Positions 37,101 through 49,100 of a stretch of 64,000 bases of DNA are shown here, piece by piece. The translations under genes and the position numbers were made by a program. Source of the DNA: Yuukianura sp. NJ FZ-2021. Its lineage: Eukaryota. How positions within the stretch are numbered: position 1 is the stretch's first letter; every line of letters starts with the position of its first letter. Under the pieces are notes generated by a model. The model did no database searches, had not been told where the DNA came from, and worked only from the letters and a program-made list of their open reading frames with translations. Location: contig CM102285.1 in assembly GCA_046563655.1 (NCBI GenBank), positions 14,446,001 through 14,510,000 of the forward strand, in the 5' to 3' direction.

Positions 37101-40100
37101 CGTGCTTTAATATTTACCGGAAGAAAGTTCCATTAACCTCCTTCTCTCTTGAGTCTTTTGAATAAAAATTCAATTGAGAACTTTCTCTTTTCTTTCCCGC
37201 TCTTTGTCTCTTACCTCAAATGGAAATTGTTTATGGAAAAAAGGGGGCGGGGAAGTGAAAATGAAATTCATCTTGCCCAAATTGAACCTCCTGCTTTTCT
37301 ACTCAAACTCCCTTCTCAAAGTCCGTCATAGACTCTCAGGTTTTACGCAAAAACACATGAGCTCTTCTGAAATTTCAACAGAAACTCTCTAATTTTCGGA
37401 AATTCTACGAGAAACTCCTTACTTTTCAGACATTCTTGCAGGAGGAACTCTCTACTTTTCAGAAATTCTAGGATACCTCCTACTTTACTTTTCAGAAAGT
37501 CTACTTAAAAATCCCGACTTTTCAGAAATTTTTGAAGAAAGGTTCCATACTTTTCAGACATTCCTGGTAAAACTCCTTACTTTTCAGACATTTCTGCTAA
37601 AAACTCCTTACTTTTCAGAAATTGTATAATAACCCCCTACTTTTCCAAATTCTAGCATAAACTCGATCCTTTCTTTTCAGACATTCTACCAGAAACTCTG
37701 TACTCTTCAGAAATTCTAGCAGAAATTCTATAATTTCAGTAATTCAGTAATTTCAGAAATTACGGCCTTCTGATTTCTCGAAAAATTTTGCTGGGAATAA
37801 CTTCCACCGATTTTTTCCCTCACAATATGCTGCATCTCAAAAATTTTTAGTTTGTTAGATTATGGATCGCTGAAGCTATAGTTAGATCGGAGGGGTTTCT
37901 GAAATTTTTGCAAAACTCCCATTTTTTATCGCAAGTTTCTGATTTTCCAAAAATTTCAGCCGACATTTTCTTCATCTTCTCAAATCCTGGGAGATCTCTT
38001 TCATTGTTTGGCCAATCAAATAACATCTCTCTTTTTCCATTCAACTTTCTCCAACGACTAAAACAAATAAAAAAGAAAAATGAAAAACGAGAAAATAATC
38101 ATGATGCCAAAAATCTTTTTGTTCAAGACTTGAAGTGATCCAGCCAAAAGTTGACTGGCTCCACTCCATTTTCATAATCTCCCGGAAAAATTTAAATTTC
38201 AAAAGAGAATGTCAAAGCGAAAACCAATTTTCGTCAAATCCGCTTTCACTTTTGCTTTCTCTTTGATTTTTCGTCTTCTACCCTCAAAATCAAAACCCAT
38301 CCCCTTTAATTAACTTTAAATAACAAACATTTTAAAAAATCAATAATTCGTAAATTTAACTTTAAAAAGCCCCGCCATTTTCAAAATTCCATGACTTCCA
38401 TTGTAATAAATCAACCAAAAATGGGAACAAAGACTAAAATTATGTCCCCATTTGTCAAAAAAGTGTTAAACTTGAGACAAAAGTGTTGCCGGAAGTGCTT
38501 TTGAGAAAATTTCGCGAAACACTACGATAGTTTTTAGCACACCAAAGGTGACGACAACTTTCCACTTTAGAAAATGGGCACGAAAAGGACAAACTTTTTG
38601 AAAATGGCGCCTGGGACGAAGAGCATCTGGACCTTGTTTGTTTCAGCGATTTGCTGGAAGCGATGATAGGAGATCCATGTTTCATGAAAATCCGAAAAAC
38701 AACTTTCTTTTGTTTTCCTTTTCTCCAGAAACTGTCCAGAAGCTCCCCTGCCTTTTCTTCCACTTGAGAACACACTTACTTCCAGTTTATCCAGAAAACA
38801 AGGAAGTCCGAATTTCATTTCCTCCGAAAAACCAAAAAGGAAAGTAATACCCGGGAACAACCAATTTCCGGATCCACTACATTGCGTCCTGTCTTTCCGC
38901 AAAAAGGTAACAAAAGAGAAACACAGAGATTTTGGAAGGATTCAAAATTTCCATAAAATATCTCTTCACGAGGATTTCACTCCGCAGGGGGACTGCTAAA
39001 AATATGTTCAAAACGTTAGGTTATGTTATCCTAACATAGCATAACCTCAACCCTAACCTAATCCCGGTCTCACCACTTTATCATAACCAAACCCCAAGAA
39101 AATTCCAAAAAATGCTTACAAAACTTAGCTTTTCTCTGCCTAAACCATACTCAAATTCTTCTCCGACTGAGAAAAAACGAAGGGAGCAACTACACTAGTG
39201 AAGGGAGTAACTATGCCAGTGGAGGGAGTAACTATGCTAGAAGATAATTTAACTGTGCGAGTAGAGGGAGTAACTATGCTAGTGGCGGGAGAAACTATAC
39301 CAGCGGAGGGAGTAACTAAAACGGGGAGTAACTATACCACCGGAGGGAGTAACTATTCCACTGGAGAGAGTAACTATGCTAGAAGATAATGTAACTGTAC
39401 CAGTGGAGGGAGTAACTATGCTAGTGGTGGGAGTAACAATTCATTCGAGTTAGTTGGTCAGAGAGACAAAGGGAAAGTGGAGCGGAAGCATGAAATATGG
39501 CCTAATCTTCACTAAATTCTCTTCCTAAACTGTGGCAAATGGGAATCTAAAATTCCTCCAACCAAAAACTTTTAGTTTCTCTCTCTTTCTGACACCGATT
39601 TTCGGAAAAGTTTCCTTTTAGCAGCGTTTCCTCCTAATTATCACTCCCTTCAGAAAGTCCATTAGGGGACATGGGACATAGGAAGTGGGTCAAAGGTTAA
39701 ACTTTTCCGATTAAATCTAAAACACTTACATTCGTCCAAGTCTTTAGCTGTCACGGTGAGTACGGTGTGTTGAATGTCTTCATTTTCGTCAACTTCGGCC
39801 TCGTACAAAGCTTTGTCAAAGTACCTTCAATATCAAAAGTAGTCAAAATTAGTTTAGTTTTGTTTGTGTTGTTTCAAAAATAGTTTAAAAATTCGAATTT
39901 CGAAAAATTATGGCCAAATAAATAATAAATTACAATGAATTTTCAAAATTGAAGTTATACTTACGGAGGGTTGTCGTTCTTGTCAGCGATTCCAATTCGA
40001 ATGAACTTGGTTACTAAAAATTTCGAAAAAGACTCAAATTAGCTCCCCTTTTTAGAATTCTCTTTTCAAAAACTAAAAGTGAACTCCTATAAGTTGTTGT

Positions 40101-43100
40101 AGAGTTTTAAGTGCTCCAAATCCACTGAAATCCCTCGCGACAAATTACTTTCTCTACAGTGCTCAATTACCGATTTTAACTTTTTAGCCTTTGTGAAACA
40201 AAGTTTGTTACAAATTTTTCAAAAGAAGAAACTTTTAATTAAAACTCTCTTTTTAAAAGTTCGTGAGTTGTAGAGTAGCTTACAATCTTAAGTTTAAGAA
40301 CAAGCTATCGGAGGGAGTAACTTTCTCCTAATGCGCCACACGAGTGACTGATTTCTCCTCTGCCTCTTTCGTCCAACTTCAAAAAACTCAACACAGTTCA
40401 AACTTTCTCCACGCGCAAACTCTAAATAAAAATTCACCAGAATTTCAAAAATTTGCAATTAGAAAAGTTGGTTCAAATTTGCATCCTCAAAAATCTGAAA
40501 ACATATTCTGTTTCATCTGCAACAAAATACTAATTTCAAATTTTCCATTTCAAATTTCCGAAATGAAGGCAATTTGTTCAAAAAAGTGTAAAGAAAGAGA
40601 AAACAACGGTAGAAACTTTAATGCGAAAAAGGCCGTAAAAATTGCAATTCTGAGCACGTTTTGTTTCCTAATGAACTCCCATTGGTCTTTAGTACTTACA
40701 GAGGAAGAACAACGAATCTAACCTTATGTGATGTAAAAAATAGCATATAAAACATAATAAAATATATTAATATGTAATAAATATAAATAATTCTGACCTG
40801 TGTTGGGCTGACCACCGCTGTTAGGTCTAGCACTAGGGGCACTGTCACGTGCTTCAATGGCCAGTGCATAAGCGCCTTGCTTCTCACGATCAAAAACAAT
40901 TTTCGTAAAAATTTCTCCAGTAAATTCATTCACTTCGAAGAAATCTTTGCCCTCCGAATTCACCACATAGTATTTCACCTGTAAAAATTCAAAAATAATT
41001 ACGAATTAATTGTAATTACTTCAATTCAAAAACCGATAATTACTTGAAACTCAATGAATTGCTACGAATTAATTCCAGGCAGAATTTTCCCCCACGTACT
41101 AAAAACCTTTCCTCACAAAGATTATGAAGTTCACTGGTAACAAACAAGGCAACGAACAACTTATGAAATACTCAAGTAATTACCAAGTAATTACAAGTAT
41201 TTCCCAAGCAATTACAAGTAATTAGTAATTCCTATAAATAATTACCATGCAGTTTTAGGTAGTAATTAGTAATTTTTATAAGTAATTACCAAGTAATCAG
41301 GAACTAAGTACAAGTAATTAGTAATTTTAGAAGTAATTACCAAGTAATTCGTATAAGTAATTACCAAATTGTTTGGGGCAGTTCCATCCTTATCAATTGC
41401 GTTGACCTGTGACACGCGCGTGCCCACTGGTTCCCCTTCGGCGACAGTTTCTTGCTCTCGTTCCGTGAACAGCGGAATTTCATCGTTCACGTCTTCCAGA
41501 ATTATGTAAATCGTCGCTTCAGAGGCAAGTTGCTGGGCTCCGTTGTTCTAAAACCACAAAACCAAAAATCAAAATTTCGAAATCCTTCAAAATTTCAGAA
41601 TTTTCCATTTTACCTCGACTCGAATGGTGAGGTTGTACTCCTTGTTGGTTTCAAAGTCGAGTGGATGGTTGACCTTGATGTCAGCCCATGTGAATCCATT
41701 GTCCTGTCTCTGCTGGAGGTAGAAAGTGTCGTACTTGTTCGTCTGTGCAGTCGACCCACGAATCAACCGATAGAAAACTGTCGGATTCCCTTCAATTCCC
41801 GAACTAAGGTCAAATCAACTCAAAATTAGTACCAATTTTTCAAAAAATACATCAAAATTTCAAAAATTCCAAACTTTGGTTAAGCAGTTATTCAAAAAGC
41901 CAAAAATGTTAAAATGCAAGTCAGCCAATTTGAAAATTGAAAGATCCATGCACTGTAGCTAAATCTACGGTCTAAACTAAATACAGGTTTCAACTGTATT
42001 CAAAAATTTTCAAAAAAAAATGTGCATCACAAAAGTTACAAAATTTCGAAGAAAAATCCAGTTTGTAAAAAACTACAAAAATTACCCACTGGAAAAATTT
42101 CCAAGAATTTCAAAATTTCGTCTACACTATAACAACTTTTTGACTATAAAATTCACAATCAAAATACCAAAATGCAGTACCATTTCACCAAAACCAATAA
42201 AAATCGTTCTAAACAAAATTTCAAAAACAAAGTTGAGTTCAAAAATCCGCAAGAAAAAGTATTCAAAAAGGAGAAGAACACAATGGAACTAATAAACTAC
42301 AATAAAATTTTGAACTCATTTTCAAAAAACTGTTCCACGGACTCAAAATTACCAAAGAGGACTAAATTACAAAAATCACATATTTTTAGTCCAAGTTGGC
42401 GTAATCTAAATAAAAATTCAGAAAAACCAAAATTTTCTGAAAAAAATTATTTCCACCACAGTCACAATAGATCAAAATGCAGTTTTTTTTGGAAGAGCCA
42501 CCGTGACACATTGTTGGAAGTGACCTGACCTTGCTTTGACTGCCACGACCTTTGCCCCCACCGGCATGTTTTCCTTGACGTGGATTGGTCCATAGACGAC
42601 TTGGTCCCACACGGGGGGATTGTTGGCGCGATCCACAACGTCAATTTGAATTTCAACAGTCCGTGACAACGGCGGGAAGCCTTTGTCCTGTGCAATCGCT
42701 TCCAACTTGTAAGTCTCTCGCTAAGGGGTCAAGAGGTCAACGTCATCAAACAAAAATACAACAGCTTACCATACCTATTAGCTATTAGTAACAAATAATA
42801 CATATTTAAATATAATTAGATGTAGTATATTTAAACACAATTAAATATAGTATATTTAACTATAATCAAATATACTATATTTAAGCATATTTAAATATAA
42901 TTAAATAAATCTAAAATCGAAATATTTTAAAACGGACTTATTTTCTAAACTCTTAAGAATTCCAAATTTTAGCAACAGAAGCCCCCTCATGATTTGAACT
43001 TTTTCAGCTGAAAAATCCCAAAGTGGTGCAAAATTCGCAAAAAGCGTTTTCAGCAATTTAGCTTTGGCGTTTTGCGTGAAGTGCAAGTTAGCTTCTGCGT

Positions 43101-46100
43101 AGCGTCAAAGCGCAAGTGCAAAGTTAATTAATTGTGCAAGGTGTGAACTCAATTAGTTAATTAATTAACTAAGGTGCAAAAACGGTAAGATAAACGCTGC
43201 TTCATCGTCCGATTTTAGTAAACCGAGTTCGGCGCGAACAGTGCATGGCGACATTTTTTAAAAAGTCAGGAAGAGGAAGAAAAGTGCTGAAGTTTGAGAG
43301 TAGTTGAGGTGTAAAATGAGTTAGTTAATTAGTTAAAAGTTGATTAATCGTCAGAGCAGAGTGTGAAGCAGGGAGTGTGGACAGACCTTGCTTTAACCGA
43401 AGTGACGACCGTGCCCACCGTCACATTTTCCCTGATGAAGATTGGTCCATACGTGGTGGACTCCCACTTTGGTGGCTTGTTGTTCCGATCCACCACGTCC
43501 AGTTCTACATCCACAATTGCAAACAGAGGCTCCACCCCTTTGTCAGATGCTTGTACTTGCAGTCGGTACTTGTCTCGCTAAAGGACCAGTTCATAACCAT
43601 GAAATTCACACTTTCAAAAATATCAACTTTTCAAAAATTTCAAAAATCAAGTTTTTTCAAAAATTTCCCAAAAATCTACTGTCAAGATACTACGAAAAAC
43701 CCAAAAATTCTTTAACACGGTTTTTCGCTCTTGATGGAACAAAATTCACAAAGTCTACGGCATTCTATTGCAAGCGCTTACATCCACAATTTACAATATT
43801 GTTTCAAAAATCCACTTTTTCAAAAACAAAAAAGAAAAAATCGAGTGAATGAGTGATTCAAAAATCTACGTTTTCAAAAAAAATTGAGTGATTCAACAAT
43901 CGACCTACTCTACAAAAATTCAAAAAATACCACGGAACCTACTAATCACAAAATGACAAATTATAAAAATTACATGTTCATGCGGCATCCAGATTTATCA
44001 AAAACAAAATATAAAAAAAAAAGTTTCAGAATTGAAAAATCGTTGTTAAAAATCAAACCAACTCACGCATGCAAAAAGTTGTTCAAAATTATAAAACACA
44101 AAAAAAAAATCAAATCTGGCCAATGGTCTCTGGGTTTTAAAATTCAAATTCGCATGCGTAACGGTCCAATAAGTTATAGTTAGTAGTAATACGTCCAACT
44201 TCTGGTTTGTCATTTTGGAGTGAACAATGTGGATATGAAACACCATATTTTTCAAAATTTTTATGAAATTATGAAAAGCAACATAAAACAGTCTCGCGCT
44301 GCAATTTTTCCAAAATTTCCCACTTTTCAGTCAAAATCTTCACAAATTTTCTCCCGCCAGCACCAAATTCATCGCCGAAACCGAAACCAAGCTCCATTTT
44401 TTTCCGCTTGAAGCTAATTCGCAATTTTTCGTTGTTTTTCAGTTTTTCAAACCGGTACGTGCACCAAGTTCAAAAAAGTATTGAATTACACACTATTTGG
44501 AGTAGAATTCATGTGACCATGTACCATTACCGATTCCAGGAAGTTGGAAACTTCCTTTAGCTGAAACTTAATACCTTCAAAGTGACTTTTACCTTACTCA
44601 CCTTACTATTTTTTTGTGAAAATGACTTTTGGACCATAGAGTATAACTTACATCGAGCGGTTTCTTGAGAATAATCCAACCAGATTCTGGTTGAATCTCA
44701 AAGTAATCCAAGTCTGCATGATTCTGTGGAGCAGTCAGAGTGTAAATGATGGCTCCATTGTTGTCAGCATCTTCGTCTGATGCTGATACTCGCAGTATAT
44801 TCGTTCCAACACTCGTGTCCTGTTTCACGTTCTCAACATATTTCTGTCCACAAAAAAAAATCAAAAATTTTGGTTACAAATTTTGAAAAAGTAAGTTTAA
44901 AAAATTTTAATTTCAAAATTTTCGTCAGAATCCGACAGCCGACACGGCAACTTCAGCAGAGCACAGCGTCTCGAGGAGTTAAAATTCCGAAAAACTTTAC
45001 CTGGCGGTCAAATAGTGGTCTGAAATACAAAAAAAAAACAGATTTCACATTTTCATCCAAAATCAAAATTTCGAAATCTCAAATTCAAAGAATTCTCCAA
45101 ATTCGAAACACTTTTTGAACTTACGGATTGTCATTGACGTCTTCCAGTTCAACTGTGAAGGAACAAACTCCTTCCAGGGCCGGCTCGCCGTGATCAGTGG
45201 CCTTCACTGTCACTGAAACGAATTTTCCGTCATCTCCCTCCCGATCAAAAACCTAATAACAAAAATTCAATCAACATTTAAAAAATTTTTCAAAATTTTG
45301 CTTCCTAGTTTTTATAAAAATTTTACTTTGTTCGTAATGACTTCTCCAGTTTCTTGATCCACACTGAACTTGGCTCCTTTTTGATTCGGTTGTTGCACAA
45401 TCGAGTACTTGACTTGTCCATTCACTCCTTTATCTTCATCAGTAGCATGGACCTGGAATTTGTAATTTTGAAAATCAAAATTTCGAAAACTTTTTTGAAC
45501 TTTTTAGAAAAATCTCTGACCTTGATAACTGGCGTTCCGTTCGGGGCTCCCTCCATGACTTTTGGGCTGTACGACGAACAATCCTTGAACTTCGGCTTGT
45601 TATCGTTCACATCACTGTTCAAAATATTACATTATAGAGCCTATTTTTTAAAATTTTGTATTCAAAATTTTCAAAATTCAAAATTTTACGTAATGAACAC
45701 GACGACGACAGCCGTCGACGTGTGAATCGTCTTCGGTCCACCTTCGCAACACGATCCGTCGTCAACTGCTGTCACATTTAGCTCGTACTTGTCTCGATCC
45801 AAGTCAATTGCGCCTGCGTGGAGCCGAATCACACCCGTGTAGTCCTCAATCACAAACTGCCCGGACTTGGTTCCTCCTCCCACAAACCCGAATCTACAAA
45901 CATTCAAAATTTCAAAATTTTGAAATTCAAAATTTCATAAAAATCCAAAATTTATGAATTATTTCTGAAATCGTACCGAACATTGTCTCCGTCCTTGTCT
46001 GAAGCTACGACGGTCGTCACAAGTGTATCCGGACCCGCATTTTCGTCAACATTCGGAGTATAAACTTGTTGCGAAAACTTCGGCTCTTCATCGTTCTTAT

Positions 46101-49100
46101 TTTTTGTGTAAATCCGCACCGTGGCTGAACCAGTTTGTGGTGGATCGCCTGCCAATTTCAAAAAAATCCATTTCAACAAAAAAATCAACATCAATCACCA
46201 AAATTTCAAAATTCCAATTTCAAACTCGACAAACCACAAATGAACATCATCTTACACTCATCCAAAAAATAAGTTTTTCTTTACAGAAAACCAACCAGAA
46301 AATAAACAGGTTGGATATTTCGTCGAATAGGCTCAAATTCTTCAAAAATTTGACAACAGATTCAGAAATTTTCAGTTCGTTTGTGGTTTTTTGAATTTCT
46401 GGCTCTAGTTTTCCAAATTGTCTGACCTTTGTCACGGGCAGTGACCACAAATTCGTAGTAGGCATTGTTGTTGTCAGCATCCAGTTGCTTGTTGTTCTTG
46501 ATGACCCCATTAGAGTCAATTTTGAAGTGGTCATCACTCACAGTATACTCTATCTCAGCATTTGAGCCTGAGTCAGCATCAGTCGCCTTCACTTTCAAAA
46601 TACTCGTTTCCAGTGGCAGGTCTTCGTCAATGTTATGGGCTTGGTAGTCCGGCAACTCAAACTTCGGAACGTTGTCGTTCACATCCGTCACTCGAATTGT
46701 TAACTAAACAAAAAATACATAAATAAATTAAGAAATAATTAAATAAATAAATTAAAATTATTTAAATACTTTAATATGGACGCTTCAAATCAATGAACTA
46801 CACTAACACTACTACTTAAACTTAAATAAATCATACCTCAACAGAAGTCGAAAAGCCTCCAGAATCTTCAGTGGCAGTAACCTACAAAATTATACAAAAA
46901 TTGCAAATTACTCATGTAAAAGCAACTTCTAATGTCACTTTTGAATTTAAATCATTAGGTTATGTTATAAATTAGGTTAGTTAGGTTGTAGAATAGGTTA
47001 GTTAGGCTATGTTTTACCATAAGTTGAAAGACATGTGGTTGACGTAGATCTTCAAAGTCCAGTTCCTTGGCCAACTTGACGATGCCCGTCGTAGGGGCAA
47101 TGTTAAAAGTGCCTTGACCTTGCTGTCCACTTGCTTTGAGCGTATAGCGAATTTCTCTATCAGCAAACGACTTTGCCTTGACCGAAATGATGCTAAAACA
47201 CAAACAAAACTCAAAATTAATTAAACTTTCCTCACCCTTCTGCTTTTAATTAAAAGCAAACACAAATGTTCATCACATTTTCCGAAATTTTGGAAAACGC
47301 TGTCATAACATAGTTTTCAAAATCCAAAAAAAAACCTAGGCATAACTCCTAACTATAAGTTTCCTATCGAATTTGAACTCACTCTTTTCATTCTTTTTTG
47401 AAATTTTTTACCATTAAAACTTTTTCGAAAAACTTGTTTTCATTTTGTTTTTTTATGAAAAGTGAACTGTGCAGTCTCTAATTAATCACTTTCCACCTCC
47501 CTGTCATCATCTGCTCAGAGGCTATGCACCTTCACTTTTTTACTCAACTATTATTTTCAAATTAAAAACAAAATCACTTCCTTAATGAATTTTTACTCAT
47601 CAATTTTCAAAAAATCTCATCAGTTTTGAAAAAAAAAGAAAGGGAAAAAGCTTCCAAAATCCCAAAAAAGTCACCCTGTTTCTTCTAGTTTTTTTCCACT
47701 TTCATAAAAAATGTGCTGACAGTTTTCAGTTTCAGTAAAAACAAAATCCTTCTCAATTGCTTATTTATACAAGACCATTTTTCTTTAACTTTTTCTAAAA
47801 AGCGCTTCTTAAAATTTTGTGTTTAAAAAAACGCTGCTCATGCATATTCCTACAGTTTCCGTCTGCCTCTGTTGTTTCGCTTAAAAAAGTTAAAAGTTTA
47901 TGAAAAAAGCAGAGCGTAAAAGTGGAAACTAAAATAAAAGAAACTTCGCCATAAAAACTACTGTGCGTTAAAACTCAAATACTTTTCATTATTTTGAAAC
48001 TAAAAAAAACTAAAAACTTTTGTGAAAAAAACTAAAACTTGTGAAGTCATTTCCAGTAACAGTTCAAGAAACTGCGGAAAAGCGGTCATTCTCCTTCTAA
48101 AAAAGCCCTTTCCAAACAGTTTTCCCAAAAATTGTCAATTTCGACACTTTTAGTCCAAAAAAGTAAAAGTAAAAGTGCTTGGAGCTGCAACCGGAATCGA
48201 AAAGCCCCACAAAAAGCGTTGTGTCCCACTGGGTACAATAACCATAAACTTCTTTCCCACCAAAAAACGACCAGTCCAGATCGACTCTTAACACTAAAAT
48301 GACACAAGTCGTTTCTCAGCATCACACTCAAAAAACGGAGACACTAAAAATCGGTCACGTGCTTATCCCAGAATCGGTTTTCTTACTCTGAGTCCTTCTT
48401 CCGATTTTCTGGAATTTCAGCTTCATATTTCTGCATGTAAAACTGTGGTGGTCGTTTCCCACCCACAATGGACAGCCTCTCTTCCTGTGTTGACTGAAAT
48501 CTTCTATCATCCAATCGTCCATTTTGATCTTCCGCTTTTACATACAACACATACTCCATGTCCAACTGGAACGGGTCATTGGCTCTTGTCTTCACGACCC
48601 CTGACCTCTCGTCAACCTCGAACCGACCACCAGCTACAAACAAAATATAAACCGTTTCATGTGTGAACATAGCCCATCATGGATCAAAATTTCATAAACC
48701 CGTCATTAGGGGTGTGAAAGTTCCGTTCCGTTTCTCGATAGAAACAGAAATGGAACGGAACAGAGTGTGCGGAAACAGAAACGGAACAGAAAGTTTGAGC
48801 TTGGAACGAAACGGAACTGGAACAAATCCCTTACGAATGCATCTTAGCAGTCTATTTCCAAACTTTGCAAAGTTAGCAGTTGAATAGCTAACAATATTCA
48901 TAAGCATAAGGAAAATGTGATAAAAACTAAATTTTGTCGTTTGAAAAATGCCGTTTCTGATATTTTTACCGCTAAAAATTACGGAACACGAAGAAAATTC
49001 TTCCGTTCTGTTCCAGTTCTTTCTGATCTTGGAATAGTAACGAAACGGAACCGGGTTTTCTGTTACAAAAACTTATCCGACACAGAAACGGAACGGAACT

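Noticed and set aside
39180..39437. Regular repeats as a CRISPR array (also 37385-37760 and 32964-33059)
   Set aside because: They are head-to-tail minisatellites with no unique spacers, there are no cas genes, and they lie in eukaryotic introns.
43061..43111. Hairpin gctttggcgt...gcgtcaaagc between 7a and 7b as a pre-miRNA or splicing structure
   Set aside because: It relies on G-T pairs on the + strand that become A-C mismatches on the transcribed (-) strand.
44163..44635. Imperfect inverted match ggtccaataagttat / atgacttttggacc upstream of 7a as a docking site
   Set aside because: It is short, has a bulge and a C-A mismatch on the transcript, and no competing partner was found.
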